In this document: piece after piece, positions 29,376-38,004 of the stretch
Layout of the letters: each line of letters begins with the position of its first letter
How positions within the stretch are numbered: the first letter of the stretch is position 1
IMG/VR virus record: IMGVR_UViG_3300025012_000027
Location: 124,001 to 188,000 of that record
Reading direction: 5' to 3' (one strand)
Length of the DNA: 64,000 bases
Program-made: the position numbers and the translations under genes
Notes under the pieces: model-generated
The model's database searches: none
Seen by the model: only the letters and a program-made list of their open reading frames with translations
What the model was told of the DNA's origin: nothing

Positions 29376-30050
29376 TTACCATAATAAATCGAAATTACCT
29401 TTTAGAACAGTGTTACATGATGCATCCTTGTTTGTGCGGTGATCAGAAACCCTATTGTCCTGGAGCCTGTACGTGCGAATTTTATCGCCCCTCATTCCAG
29501 ACCCAACTTGGTTCTTTCTATAATGTGCTAAGTCGTTATTATACACGGTTTTCGCTGATGCATCAACTCTTTTAGTAATATCTTTTAGAGCTAAGTCGTA
29601 ACTAGTTATACGACTTCGAGTTTGAGCTGTTGCTACAACCCCGGTTGGAATATGCGTTAGTCGGCACGAACATTTCACTTTATTACGATTTTGCCCACCA
29701 GCGCCCGTGCCACTATACCATTCTATCCGAAGATCCTTTTCGGGTATATTAGCAGTGGTTATCTCGACATCTTTGTCTATGATAGCAACGGTCACCGTGC
29801 TAGTGTGGACCCTACCTTTGCGCTCTGTAGGAGGCACTCGTTGAATCCTGTGCCCACCAGCTTCATTGGCCAATCCCGAAAGATCCGAACCTTCCAGGAG
29901 AATCTCATACCCTCCTGGAAATTCATCTTCCGCTAGAATGATTCAGCCGACCCTAGCCGCGTGTTTCTTATACGCCGTAGCTAGGTCCTTAACAAACAAC
30001 TTACTGTCATCCCCGCCTTCAGCGGAGCGTATCTCTATCATGCGTTTCAT
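29376..30050 (-). CDS. RF1-like peptide chain release factor (no domain 1) with in-frame TGA at 29943-29945
   Basis: EIRSAEGGDDS.LF, E.G.HRIQRVPPTERKGRVHTS, GAGGQNRNK, IRTY; both ORF-track pieces are in one frame; AGGAG RBS at 30050. Confidence 0.85.
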
Positions 30051-30152
30051 ATCTTCTCCTAATGTAATCCCATACAATTCCCACATAACCTTCGATCGCT
30101 TATAAAACGTGTCGAAGATTATCCGTATCACTATAACCCGAATTTCATATTG

Positions 30153-32696
30153 TCAACCACATTTACTAGATCCGCAAGAGAGACAAATCTTACATCCTTC
30201 TTGGAATACGACTTTATCAGAGCCACATTCCAAACATACTTCTCCTTCAACCTTTTCTCCATCCTTAATAAAAGATCCTAGGAACTTCTTAATTTGAAAG
30301 ATGAAGGTTCCAACAAACGCATTATCGACACGATCAAGAACAGCGACAATATTCTTGATCAATACACCGTGACGCAACAACAACGAAATAATACGAGTAA
30401 TTTTGGTGGTGTTTGCATCAGTAGCAACTTTGCTTGTCACATCAGCAATAAATGCTTCTGGGATTCCTTTATCCTTAGCAAGATTCACCAATCTATCAAA
30501 CGCATCAGTAGTGGTAACAGTCTTCTCATGATGATTGGTGTGAACAAACAGTGCTTGAGGGCGAGTCTTGGTCTCATTCCAAACAACTGTCAAATACCAC
30601 TTGCGCCCTTCTGCTCTCAACACCTTCATTGATGCCTCGGCTGAGTTTGGCATCTTAACAGTATCTAAAATCACCTCTTCATCATATCCGTTTGTCGTGT
30701 TTTCTTTAGATGACAATACAGCAGTCATTGTACCCGCTCGATACGTCGTTACCCCCTTAACAACACCTGAGTGGTATGCGGACATATAGATGTTCTTAAA
30801 ATCTTCGAATGCATATTCATTAGGTACATTGATGGTCTTTGACATTGCGGCATCTACCCAATGAGCAAACCCAATCAAGTCATTCAGATGATCCTCGGCA
30901 GTCAATCCAGTCAATGCAGTGATAGCCCAGTCAGCCCCCTCTTCCCATAACCCGCGTTCGTGCAACCATCTATATCCATAATCCTGGCACACCACTTCTT
31001 TAGTCAGCCCACGATTCTTATCAATCTTATATGTAGTTCCGTTGAAGGAGCCTTTAAGAATCTCTTCATCGCCTTCTTTAGCAAATTTAAAGACCTCAGT
31101 TTCTTCCCAAGCACCCTCGTACCATTTTGGCACTACTGCTATCATATCATCAGGAACGCTGTTAACGATGACAGTTCGAACGTATTCAGGCATAAAGATT
31201 GGCTCCAAACCACCGGATACAACGTTCGCGCAAATCCCAGTGTTACCTGTTGGTTGAATTGACAGCAATGAACTATTGCGAATGCCGGTAGTTCGTAACT
31301 TCTCCATATAAGAATCCGATAGGCCAATCATATTAACGAACTTACCATCGGCATGCTTGACAGGATCGCAGTAAGTAAACATGCCGCGTTCAATAGCCAA
31401 ATCAATAGACGCTTCGTATGCGGATCGCGCGATTGTGCTCATGACTTGATCGCGTAGTTCGGCTGCTTGATCTGATGCGAATCTAGTTTTTAGCATGAAC
31501 AATGCAGATCCCCAACCCAAAATGCCGATGCCAATACGACGCTTGTTTCGCATAGAATCAACATATTCTGGCAATGGAGCGTCTGAGTATTCATTGACAT
31601 TGTCCAAAAACCTAACCATATATTTGGTGTATTTGGAGATCTTATCAAGATCAAATGCATTATTATCAGAAACAAATTGTGTTAGATTAAGAGATCCGAG
31701 ACAGCAAACTCCTCCTGGGGCGAGTGTCTGTTCCCCGCATGGGTTTGTAGCAGCAATAGTCTCACCGTAGTAGAATGGATTGAATTCATTTGCTCGATCC
31801 AAAAACAACACGCCAGGCTCTGCTCTATTGTATGTGGATTCCATGACCAGATTCCACAGCCATTGAACTGAAATAGTTTGGTAATCGACTACTGGTAGTC
31901 CCAGTCGTTTCCAATCTGCCAAGTTACCATTCCATTTGTCGGCGTATTCTGGATGGGTTGTATCTGGAAACACCAGTGTCCATTGATCCAGTTTTGCAAT
32001 CTCGTCAGCATCTGCTTTCTTATCCATAGAATTAATAGCATCTAGCCTATCCATGAACTCAGTGGTGAAGTTTACCGAGAGATTGAATTTCGTGAGTCTA
32101 CCAGCACTCTGTTTAGCAGTAATGAACTCAACGATATCCGGATGCCATACATCCAACACCCCCATCATAGCGCCCTTGCGGATCTTACCTTTTGTTTTCT
32201 TATGCTTGCTCTTTTTTCCAGATCCTGCAGTGACAATCTCAGAGGCTTTGTCATACAGTTCCATGAACTTAATCGCTCCGGGGGTCTCTACGCCAACACC
32301 ATGAATGAATGTTCCACGAGGACGAATCCAACTAAAATTCTGCCCCCACCCACCTTCAGATTTTAAGGTGAATGCTTGTTTCTTCAAATCATTGATGATA
32401 TCGTCTAACGAGTCGATATTATATGATGATCTAGGAGAAACGAAACAGTTCAATAATGTAGTACCATTCCAACTAGTTCCAGCATTTGCATATGTTCTAC
32501 CACCGCAAGTTCCTTTGAAATCCGTTAATAGATCATAGAATCTAGATTCCCATGTTTCTATATCTTGGGGAGTTTTCTCAACTGATGCGATAGCTTTTGC
32601 TACCCTATGCAATGTATCGTTTACTGAAGTATCTGTGTGATCTTTATAAGTTTGGGCCCAAACTTCTTCAGCAAACGAGTCAATAAAAGCGGTCAT
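30153..32696 (-). CDS. nrdJ: Ribonucleotide reductase, probably class II (B12-dependent) with C-terminal Zn-ribbon
   Basis: LLNCFV, TNPCGEQ, CCLGSLNL, IQPTG, CLECGS...EGCKICLSCGSSKCG; no nrdB nearby. Confidence 0.8.
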   Translation of the reverse strand: MTAFIDSFAEEVWAQTYKDHTDTSVNDTLHRVAKAIASVEKTPQDIETWESRFYDLLTDFKGTCGGRTYANAGTSWNGTTLLNCFVSPRSSYNIDSLDDIINDLKKQAFTLKSEGGWGQNFSWIRPRGTFIHGVGVETPGAIKFMELYDKASEIVTAGSGKKSKHKKTKGKIRKGAMMGVLDVWHPDIVEFITAKQSAGRLTKFNLSVNFTTEFMDRLDAINSMDKKADADEIAKLDQWTLVFPDTTHPEYADKWNGNLADWKRLGLPVVDYQTISVQWLWNLVMESTYNRAEPGVLFLDRANEFNPFYYGETIAATNPCGEQTLAPGGVCCLGSLNLTQFVSDNNAFDLDKISKYTKYMVRFLDNVNEYSDAPLPEYVDSMRNKRRIGIGILGWGSALFMLKTRFASDQAAELRDQVMSTIARSAYEASIDLAIERGMFTYCDPVKHADGKFVNMIGLSDSYMEKLRTTGIRNSSLLSIQPTGNTGICANVVSGGLEPIFMPEYVRTVIVNSVPDDMIAVVPKWYEGAWEETEVFKFAKEGDEEILKGSFNGTTYKIDKNRGLTKEVVCQDYGYRWLHERGLWEEGADWAITALTGLTAEDHLNDLIGFAHWVDAAMSKTINVPNEYAFEDFKNIYMSAYHSGVVKGVTTYRAGTMTAVLSSKENTTNGYDEEVILDTVKMPNSAEASMKVLRAEGRKWYLTVVWNETKTRPQALFVHTNHHEKTVTTTDAFDRLVNLAKDKGIPEAFIADVTSKVATDANTTKITRIISLLLRHGVLIKNIVAVLDRVDNAFVGTFIFQIKKFLGSFIKDGEKVEGEVCLECGSDKVVFQEGCKICLSCGSSKCG

Positions 32697-32778
32697 GAAT
32701 TTCCTTTTTCTGTTATACAATCATTATGAAGCACAGCAATTGCTGCTGAGCGTTTTCGTTGTTTATTTATGCCCTGAC

Positions 32779-33150
32779 CTAGGCGGTAATCTTGAACATG
32801 TCCGGTCGCTCTGAGCACCAACCGTTGCTACGTCCAAACCATCTAACATGTACGATTCCTTTAAGCGTTGCAAATTTATAGAACGTCCAAGAATGAGAAT
32901 GGGTGTCATCTTGATCGATCTCTCGAGGTTCTTTACCCACGGATTCTTCGGCAACGATGATTGGAGATCCCATTAAATCGGATAGATTTCCATGAATGAG
33001 TTCTATGTAAACTCGTTCGTCATCATCTTGATCATGATATAGTTGGTAGATTTGGTGATCCGTTGTCTTAAATCTAATTGCAGCAGCGTCGAAAGCCAGC
33101 ACCGACGTCATAGTCTTTCCGACCAATTCGCTTATGGCACACAATTCCAT
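32779..33150 (-). CDS. Hypothetical protein
   Basis: SWTFYKFAT.KG.V..RWFG.SNG motif. Confidence 0.6.
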   Translation of the reverse strand: MELCAISELVGKTMTSVLAFDAAAIRFKTTDHQIYQLYHDQDDDERVYIELIHGNLSDLMGSPIIVAEESVGKEPREIDQDDTHSHSWTFYKFATLKGIVHVRWFGRSNGWCSERPDMFKITA

Positions 33151-33158
33151 AGTAACTC

Positions 33159-33641
33159 CTATGCGGCCTTTTGACCATCCAACACAAACTTCATTCTGTC
33201 TGCAGCATATGATGCCGCAAATGCCTTTGGCTTAATCATAGGAACAACGTTGCAAGTTCCTTTTATGTACCCGATCGCTTGTTGCACAACACAGTTAGAT
33301 CCATGCATATCACTGGCGTTAAGATCCAAGTGAATCTCCACATGACGATCTTCTAACACATCAGCCAATTCATGGAACAGTGCGGATACTTTCACGACTT
33401 CTTGCATCAATCGCATTGCGGGTTTACTTTTCTTCTGGTCGTAGTCTCGTTCACGTTCAACCGATCCGAAAATCTTGCAGCCATGATTTCCGTCGATATG
33501 CACGACTACGGCTAACGTATAGTCTGCATACCAAGTTCCTGCGATGTTTAGCCGCTCACTATCAGCCCCTAGGTACACTTTAGTGCCTTCGCTTTGAGCC
33601 AATATAAATTCTTTAACCGCCGCAATGTCTAGTTTACGCAT
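33159..33641 (-). CDS. RNase H-like YkuK-family protein
   Basis: VYLGADS, RLMQEV, EIHLDLN, KPKAFAASYAAD. Confidence 0.75.
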   Translation of the reverse strand: MRKLDIAAVKEFILAQSEGTKVYLGADSERLNIAGTWYADYTLAVVVHIDGNHGCKIFGSVERERDYDQKKSKPAMRLMQEVVKVSALFHELADVLEDRHVEIHLDLNASDMHGSNCVVQQAIGYIKGTCNVVPMIKPKAFAASYAADRMKFVLDGQKAA

Positions 33642-33657
33642 AACAACCTTTGATGAA

Positions 33658-33734
33658 TGGCGCGCCCGGAGGGATTTGAACCCCCACCCCCTAAGTTCGA
33701 AGCCTAGGACATTATCCAGTTGTGCTACGAGCGC
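33658..33734 (-). tRNA. tRNA-Arg(TCG)
   Basis: Cloverleaf, loop CTTCGAA, CCA. Confidence 0.85.
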
Positions 33735-33745
33735 TTTTAATTTTC

Positions 33746-34120
33746 CTATGATCTAAGCCTTGCTAAGATTTCTTCTTCCGTATAATTGGTAAGTCCATAT
33801 TTGCTAGCTATAGCAACCGCCATCCAAGTGTATGACAATTCTGGGGTTTCATAGTATTGTGCTTGTACTTTATACGCCTCAACCTCGGATCGTAGTTTAT
33901 ACGATTCAAAAAGCAGCTTCCACAGGCCATGAGTGGCAAACGTGCGATACCACTGCTTTACATGAGTGAGTTCGTGCTGCAGAATACCCGCATCAACATC
34001 TTTGTATCTTGGGCGAATTCTAATTATGGGGCCATTAGTTGACCCGCCTACCAATTCTTTGAGGCTGTCTGTGTAGAATACAAGCGCCGGCAAAATGCCG
34101 TATACGAACATTAGTTTCAT
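33746..34120 (-). CDS. Hypothetical protein with HExxH
   Basis: ILQHELTHVKQW, SEVEAY; AAGGA RBS. Confidence 0.55.
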   Translation of the reverse strand: MKLMFVYGILPALVFYTDSLKELVGGSTNGPIIRIRPRYKDVDAGILQHELTHVKQWYRTFATHGLWKLLFESYKLRSEVEAYKVQAQYYETPELSYTWMAVAIASKYGLTNYTEEEILARLRS

Positions 34121-34134
34121 GATATTCCTTTGGG

Positions 34135-34210
34135 TGGTGGTAATGGTAAGATTCGAACTTACGGTAGGCGCCGTATGAAGACGCTGCATTGGCCTCTTTG
34201 CTACACTACC
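34135..34210 (-). tRNA. tRNA-Met(CAT)
   Basis: Cloverleaf, loop TTCATAC, CCA. Confidence 0.8.
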
Positions 34211-34224
34211 AATATTTAATATCA

Positions 34225-34299
34225 ACCTCATTGCAAGTAGGAGTCGAACCTACATCGCCGCCGTGAGGCAGCATCCTATCCGTTAGAAGAGTGCGAGGT
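34225..34299 (-). pseudogene. Glu-like tRNA derivative with 4-nt anticodon loop
   Basis: D- and T-arms intact; anticodon arm GCTGCC-TCAC-GGCGGC; bulged acceptor; no CCA. Confidence 0.55.
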
Positions 34300-34348
34300 C
34301 TTCGGGATCATGACTCCCGATTCTGGGGAAGGGTAATTACTCCTCCGT

Positions 34349-34462
34349 ACCATATTAAACCGTATTACGATCACATCCAGCTGAATTTTCGCTGATCTCA
34401 TCCAGATTCATCGAGTTTCGAGTTTCGACCACACCCTGGAATCCAATACGGTTTAATATGGT
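34349..34462 (-). ncRNA. Hairpin-closed candidate ncRNA
   Basis: 18-bp perfect terminal inverted repeat ACCATATTAAACCGTATT/AATACGGTTTAATATGGT. Confidence 0.55.
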
Positions 34463-34623
34463 GGCCGGAACCTATCCCGGCCTTAACACCCGATATTCTT
34501 TAGCGTCTCCATACGGTCTACCAGCTTTCTCGTAAAGGGCTACTGGCGGTTGTGTACTTCGTCGTCGGGACTCATAGTTTACGCTATGTTATCATCAGTT
34601 AATCCGCATAGGCATTGCGGTGT

Positions 34624-34715
34624 ACCATATAGAAACATACTAAAGCAGGCTTTCAACGTGTTTGGCTTCTCTGGTCTGCTTCGCCTCCAACATGGCTAAT
34701 ATGTTTCTATATGGT
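34624..34715 (-). ncRNA. Hairpin-closed candidate ncRNA
   Basis: 16-bp terminal stem ACCATATAGAAACATA/TATGTTTCTATATGGT. Confidence 0.55.
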
Positions 34716-34944
34716 CTGTAGATGGTGTGTTGTTACACTAAATCGAACTTCAGCCTTACCGTTTCCGGGGTGCCTCTGTACTTAACCTGGTGGCTCACGT
34801 GAGATTCGTATACTCTAGAGCCTTATGCTCTATTTTCTACGTTCGATACCTTACAATGCCCTTCTACTCAGTATCTACACACTCAACGTGCCTTTGTCGA
34901 ACTCTTTAAAGGATGGCTACTTCTAAGCCCACCTTCCGTCTACA
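34712..34944 (-). ncRNA. ncRNA mimicking 23S rRNA H43/H44 (L11-binding GTPase-associated centre)
   Basis: GGAAGGTGGGCTTAGAAGTAGCCATCCTTTAAAGAG...GTGTAACAACACACC; closed by TGTAGACGG/CCATCTACA; ends in ACCA. Confidence 0.75.
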
Positions 34945-34946
34945 AA

Positions 34947-35071
34947 ACCATATTTTAACTGACTAATATTTCTGTATGTTGACGCATACAGGTTTCGCAG
35001 CCCGTCAAAGCCACCGAAAATCACCCGACTCGCTGGTCGAAATGACCCCCGTCAATCAGTTAAAATATGGT
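34947..35071 (-). ncRNA. Hairpin-closed candidate ncRNA
   Basis: 16-bp terminal stem ACCATATTTTAACTGA/TCAGTTAAAATATGGT. Confidence 0.55.
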
Positions 35072-35114
35072 GGGTCTGTTTCTCAGCCAACCCGTTCAAC
35101 TGTCTCTACAGTTG

Positions 35115-35306
35115 CTATAGCATATAGTTAAACATCTTTTCTGATGATCTGGATTGTGTCCAGGTACTATATTTTAATACTTTCGAGATCCCAGTCCCAA
35201 TTGGCATATGACCTCCAACTAACCCTGTTCCTACTGATACTTCGGGACCCACGCCATGATACGCGCCTTTGCCCTTAGTAGATCTTAAACTCCCCAACGT
35301 ATGCAT
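35115..35306 (-). CDS. Small hypothetical protein
   Basis: GAGG RBS downstream of a TGTTACAAT promoter-like box. Confidence 0.35.
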   Translation of the reverse strand: MHTLGSLRSTKGKGAYHGVGPEVSVGTGLVGGHMPIGTGISKVLKYSTWTQSRSSEKMFNYML

Positions 35307-35398
35307 CCTCAGTTCGTCTAATGAAAGTATTAAAATATAGTTTGTTTCTTGCTATGTGTTATTGTAACACAGTTTTAGCAAGAAACAACTAATTATTT

Positions 35399-35863
35399 TC
35401 ATTGTGTATCTAAAACAACAGTATCTCTAACATTCATCAGACACTTGCCTAGATTGTTCTGACCAACATCGTTACAAACGCCCCAAAACGTGTCGTGCCA
35501 CCAATTCGTTTCTTCAATGTACTTAGTCCCAGTGGACTTCAACAATGCCATTAGAGATTCGTTTTGCTCGAACTTGGCGTATAATACTTGCTGCATCTTA
35601 TCAACGCGAACATAGTTCCAATCAGACCTAAGAGTGACCAGTTGTCCAAACTTCTTTGCGGCCGGACCATCCATCGCGGTCAACATAAGCTTTTCACAGA
35701 TGTCAAACGTTTTGCAAGACATATATGCACCTTCTGAGCACCGATACACTCTACCTTCGAAAGTAAAGTCTTCCAAATGGAAGTTTGATAGTGGGCGATA
35801 TTTTCCAAACAACCCATAGATATGAGTGTCAGTTTCTCGAGTGTCTACAATAGCTGGTTTCAT
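35399..35863 (-). CDS. NADAR (YbiA-like) family protein
   Basis: LSNFH, SEGAY...K, AKKFG, KFEQN, WHDTFWG, GQNNLGK.LM. Confidence 0.85.
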   Translation of the reverse strand: MKPAIVDTRETDTHIYGLFGKYRPLSNFHLEDFTFEGRVYRCSEGAYMSCKTFDICEKLMLTAMDGPAAKKFGQLVTLRSDWNYVRVDKMQQVLYAKFEQNESLMALLKSTGTKYIEETNWWHDTFWGVCNDVGQNNLGKCLMNVRDTVVLDTQ

Positions 35864-36201
35864 AATAAATCCGTTGTAGCGTGGCGTTTAGCTGCTTCAT
35901 CTAATCTCCATTCCCAAGCAGTTACAGGGTCGCCTAATTGCCCAGTAACTCTACGCATGGCGTTCATCACAGCCGCCTGTCTAATAGTAATTTCAATTGC
36001 GCCGTTAGCAACTGCTATAGCTCTTTTTGATATAGCGATATCATAATGGCTACCACTCGTCTTTTCTGGCGATTGCCACCATTTGCGATCAACCCCTATT
36101 AGGTCAGCCATTGCATGTAACTCTTCATCAGTATCGGCTAGCATGTGACACATCTTCATTCTACCATATGCGGCTTGCATGTTATCGACGTACACGGTCA
36201 T
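35860..36201 (-). CDS. DUF4031-like protein
   Basis: VYVDN...MCHMLADT.EELHAMA..IG...HYDI. Confidence 0.7.
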   Translation of the reverse strand: MTVYVDNMQAAYGRMKMCHMLADTDEELHAMADLIGVDRKWWQSPEKTSGSHYDIAISKRAIAVANGAIEITIRQAAVMNAMRRVTGQLGDPVTAWEWRLDEAAKRHATTDLL

Positions 36202-36215
36202 AAAAGTCCTAATAT

Positions 36216-36289
36216 TGGTGCGACTGGAGAGAATCGAACTCTCGTAAACCGGGTAAAAGCCGGCTATTCTGACATTGAATTACAATCGC
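36216..36289 (-). tRNA. tRNA-Lys(TTT)
   Basis: Cloverleaf, loop CTTTTAC, CCA. Confidence 0.8.
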
Positions 36290-36530
36290 TATCTAATGTT
36301 AATTTGTATGTTGAATTGAGGGTGTAAAACACGATCTCGGTGTCGGACACGTGTTCGACGGATTGGACCGTGCTAGTAGCGATCATCCGCCCTACAGCCC
36401 CGGTAACAATTGGGTTACTGTGCATAACGAACGATTCACCCGGAACCGGAAACTTGTGGTATACGCCGTATACAGTGTCTGTCCGAATAGCGGAGCCGCC
36501 GGCGATCTTAGAAAGTGTTGCAGTTTTCAT
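36264..36530 (-). CDS. Hypothetical protein (3' end overlaps tRNA-Lys)
   Basis: RMIATSTVQSV...FYTLNSTYKL. Confidence 0.45.
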   Translation of the reverse strand: MKTATLSKIAGGSAIRTDTVYGVYHKFPVPGESFVMHSNPIVTGAVGRMIATSTVQSVEHVSDTEIVFYTLNSTYKLTLDSDCNSMSE

Positions 36531-36733
36531 ACTTTATAAATCTCATCATCGTGTACATATCCAGCAACTTTCACCGTTTGATCATCAACGCAGCGCAACC
36601 CAATATGTTCGCCGTCGATATCGAAGATCTTGAATGTGTGCCCTTTATAGGCATCGTAGTAAGGGAGGTAATATGCCTCAGTCCAGACTTTGCTATAGAA
36701 TTTTACGGTGTCACCAATGTTAAAGTCAAACAT
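36527..36733 (-). CDS. Hypothetical protein
   Basis: Follows TGTTATAAT promoter; AAGGA RBS. Confidence 0.55.
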   Translation of the reverse strand: MFDFNIGDTVKFYSKVWTEAYYLPYYDAYKGHTFKIFDIDGEHIGLRCVDDQTVKVAGYVHDDEIYKV

Positions 36734-36957
36734 GCTAATCCTTTGTTGATAAAGGTATTATAACACCATAAACAGATAATTCGTAAGATACTTGCTAAGT
36801 TCTTAGTTCCACATGTCAGAACCGCTCGTTACTACAATGGACCATATCAGTAGCTAGCTGCTTAGTTCCATTCCTAACGTCTCACCCCGCATTTCAAAGG
36901 GTATTATATGAGTACCGATTCTGTGTTACCAGTGACATCATAATAGTGAGATATTCT

Positions 36958-37032
36958 TGGAGTCGCATACGGGTTCCGCCCCCGTCTGGTCAGTGTGAAG
37001 GACTGATGACCTCACTAGAAGTCTAATGCGAC
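36958..37032 (-). tRNA. tRNA-Glu(TTC), non-canonical T-loop GGCGGAA
   Basis: Loop CCTTCAC, acceptor GTCGCAT/ATGCGAC, CCA. Confidence 0.8.
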
Positions 37033-37043
37033 AAATACTTTAT

Positions 37044-37124
37044 ATGAGCATACTGGATTCGAACCAGTATTAGATACCTAGTTAAAGGTTTCAGCGCACC
37101 ATTGCCGTCTCACTTGACGCTCAT
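37044..37124 (-). ncRNA. tRNA-like RNA without a canonical anticodon arm
   Basis: 7-bp acceptor, perfect T-arm ACTGG-TTCGAAT-CCAGT, 6-nt loop TTAACT, no CCA. Confidence 0.5.
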
Positions 37125-37333
37125 ATAAAGTTGTTTCTGCTATGTGTCTATTGTAACCCGATTTTAGCAGGAATCAACACATTGTCGGAATTCGTATTAT
37201 TCGATCATTTGATGTTGTAATTCCGACAATAATTCCGACAATTTGTCGGAATCCAAATTACTGGAATGATCTGTGTGAAGGACTCTTACCGCGTCATTAC
37301 TAAAGATCACCTAGTAGCCCTGATGATCAACGT

Positions 37334-37549
37334 TTACTTTTCGGCGCTTTCTTTCCGATTGATACTGATATGCGCATCTCCTCGATACAAGATTTGATTG
37401 ATGATGATGATGAACAATAGGGAATCTGGCCCACTAGCCGGTGTTCCCTTCACCTTTTCAAATACCTCATCTCGTAGCACCAACAACGATTTAACAATCT
37501 CGTCCGAATCTCTTAGCTGCTTGTCAGTCTGTACAGTATCGACGACCAT
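37334..37549 (-). CDS. Hypothetical protein
   Basis: AGGAG RBS after TGTTATAAT. Confidence 0.5.
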   Translation of the reverse strand: MVVDTVQTDKQLRDSDEIVKSLLVLRDEVFEKVKGTPASGPDSLLFIIIINQILYRGDAHISINRKESAEK

Positions 37550-37611
37550 AATATGCTCCTAGTAAGCCTACATTATAACACCGTTTTTTACTAATCGTCA
37601 ACACAATATAA

Positions 37612-37689
37612 TGGGATGCGAGCGGTTGGATTCGAACCAACGACCACCAGCTTATGAGACTGGTAAGCTAACCACTGCTCTACGCCGCA
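37612..37689 (-). tRNA. fMet-like tRNA(CAT), bulged acceptor, imperfect 3' end
   Basis: Initiator-like body GAGCAG...GGTCGTTGGTTCGAATCC; loop CTCATAA. Confidence 0.65.
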
Positions 37690-37694
37690 ATATC

Positions 37695-37772
37695 TGGAAT
37701 ACCCGGTCAGATTTGAACTGACGACCTTACTGCTTTGCAGGCAGTTGCGTTAAACCACTCCGCCACAGGTAC
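37695..37772 (-). tRNA. tRNA-Cys(GCA)
   Basis: Loop CTGCAAA, U73, CCA. Confidence 0.9.
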
Positions 37773-37779
37773 AAAATTT

Positions 37780-37853
37780 TGGTAGCATGGAATGGAGTCG
37801 AACCAATGTAGCAGCTTTATCAGAACTGAATTCTACCGTTGAATTACCATGCT
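37780..37853 (-). tRNA. tRNA-Ile(GAT)
   Basis: Loop CTGATAA, CCA. Confidence 0.9.
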
Positions 37854-38004
37854 ATGGTCACCAGTTTTATGTCTTAGGACTATAGGACAGAGGTTGACTT
37901 ATAATTTATGGTATCAAGTACCAAACACGAGTTAGTCAACACTCGCGATTCTTTTTGAAGTCCTGCTTGTCATTATCGTGCAGGGAACGCTGACATCTTC
38001 AAAA

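Noticed and set aside
29943-29945. UGA as selenocysteine
   Set aside because: Aligns to Trp, the hairpin spacing and sequence do not fit a bacterial SECIS, and no selB/selC is in the window.
34380-34440. Hammerhead-like CTGGATGAG...CGAAA core
   Set aside because: Does not match CUGANGA exactly and I could not build the three required stems.
34900-34940. Possible 23S rRNA gene
   Set aside because: Only the H43/H44 motif is present, split by a non-rRNA insert, with no other rRNA sequence; treated as a mimic ncRNA.
37044-37124. Ochre suppressor tRNA (TTA in the loop)
   Set aside because: The stem around CTTTAAC does not pair; the best stem gives a 6-nt loop and there is no CCA.
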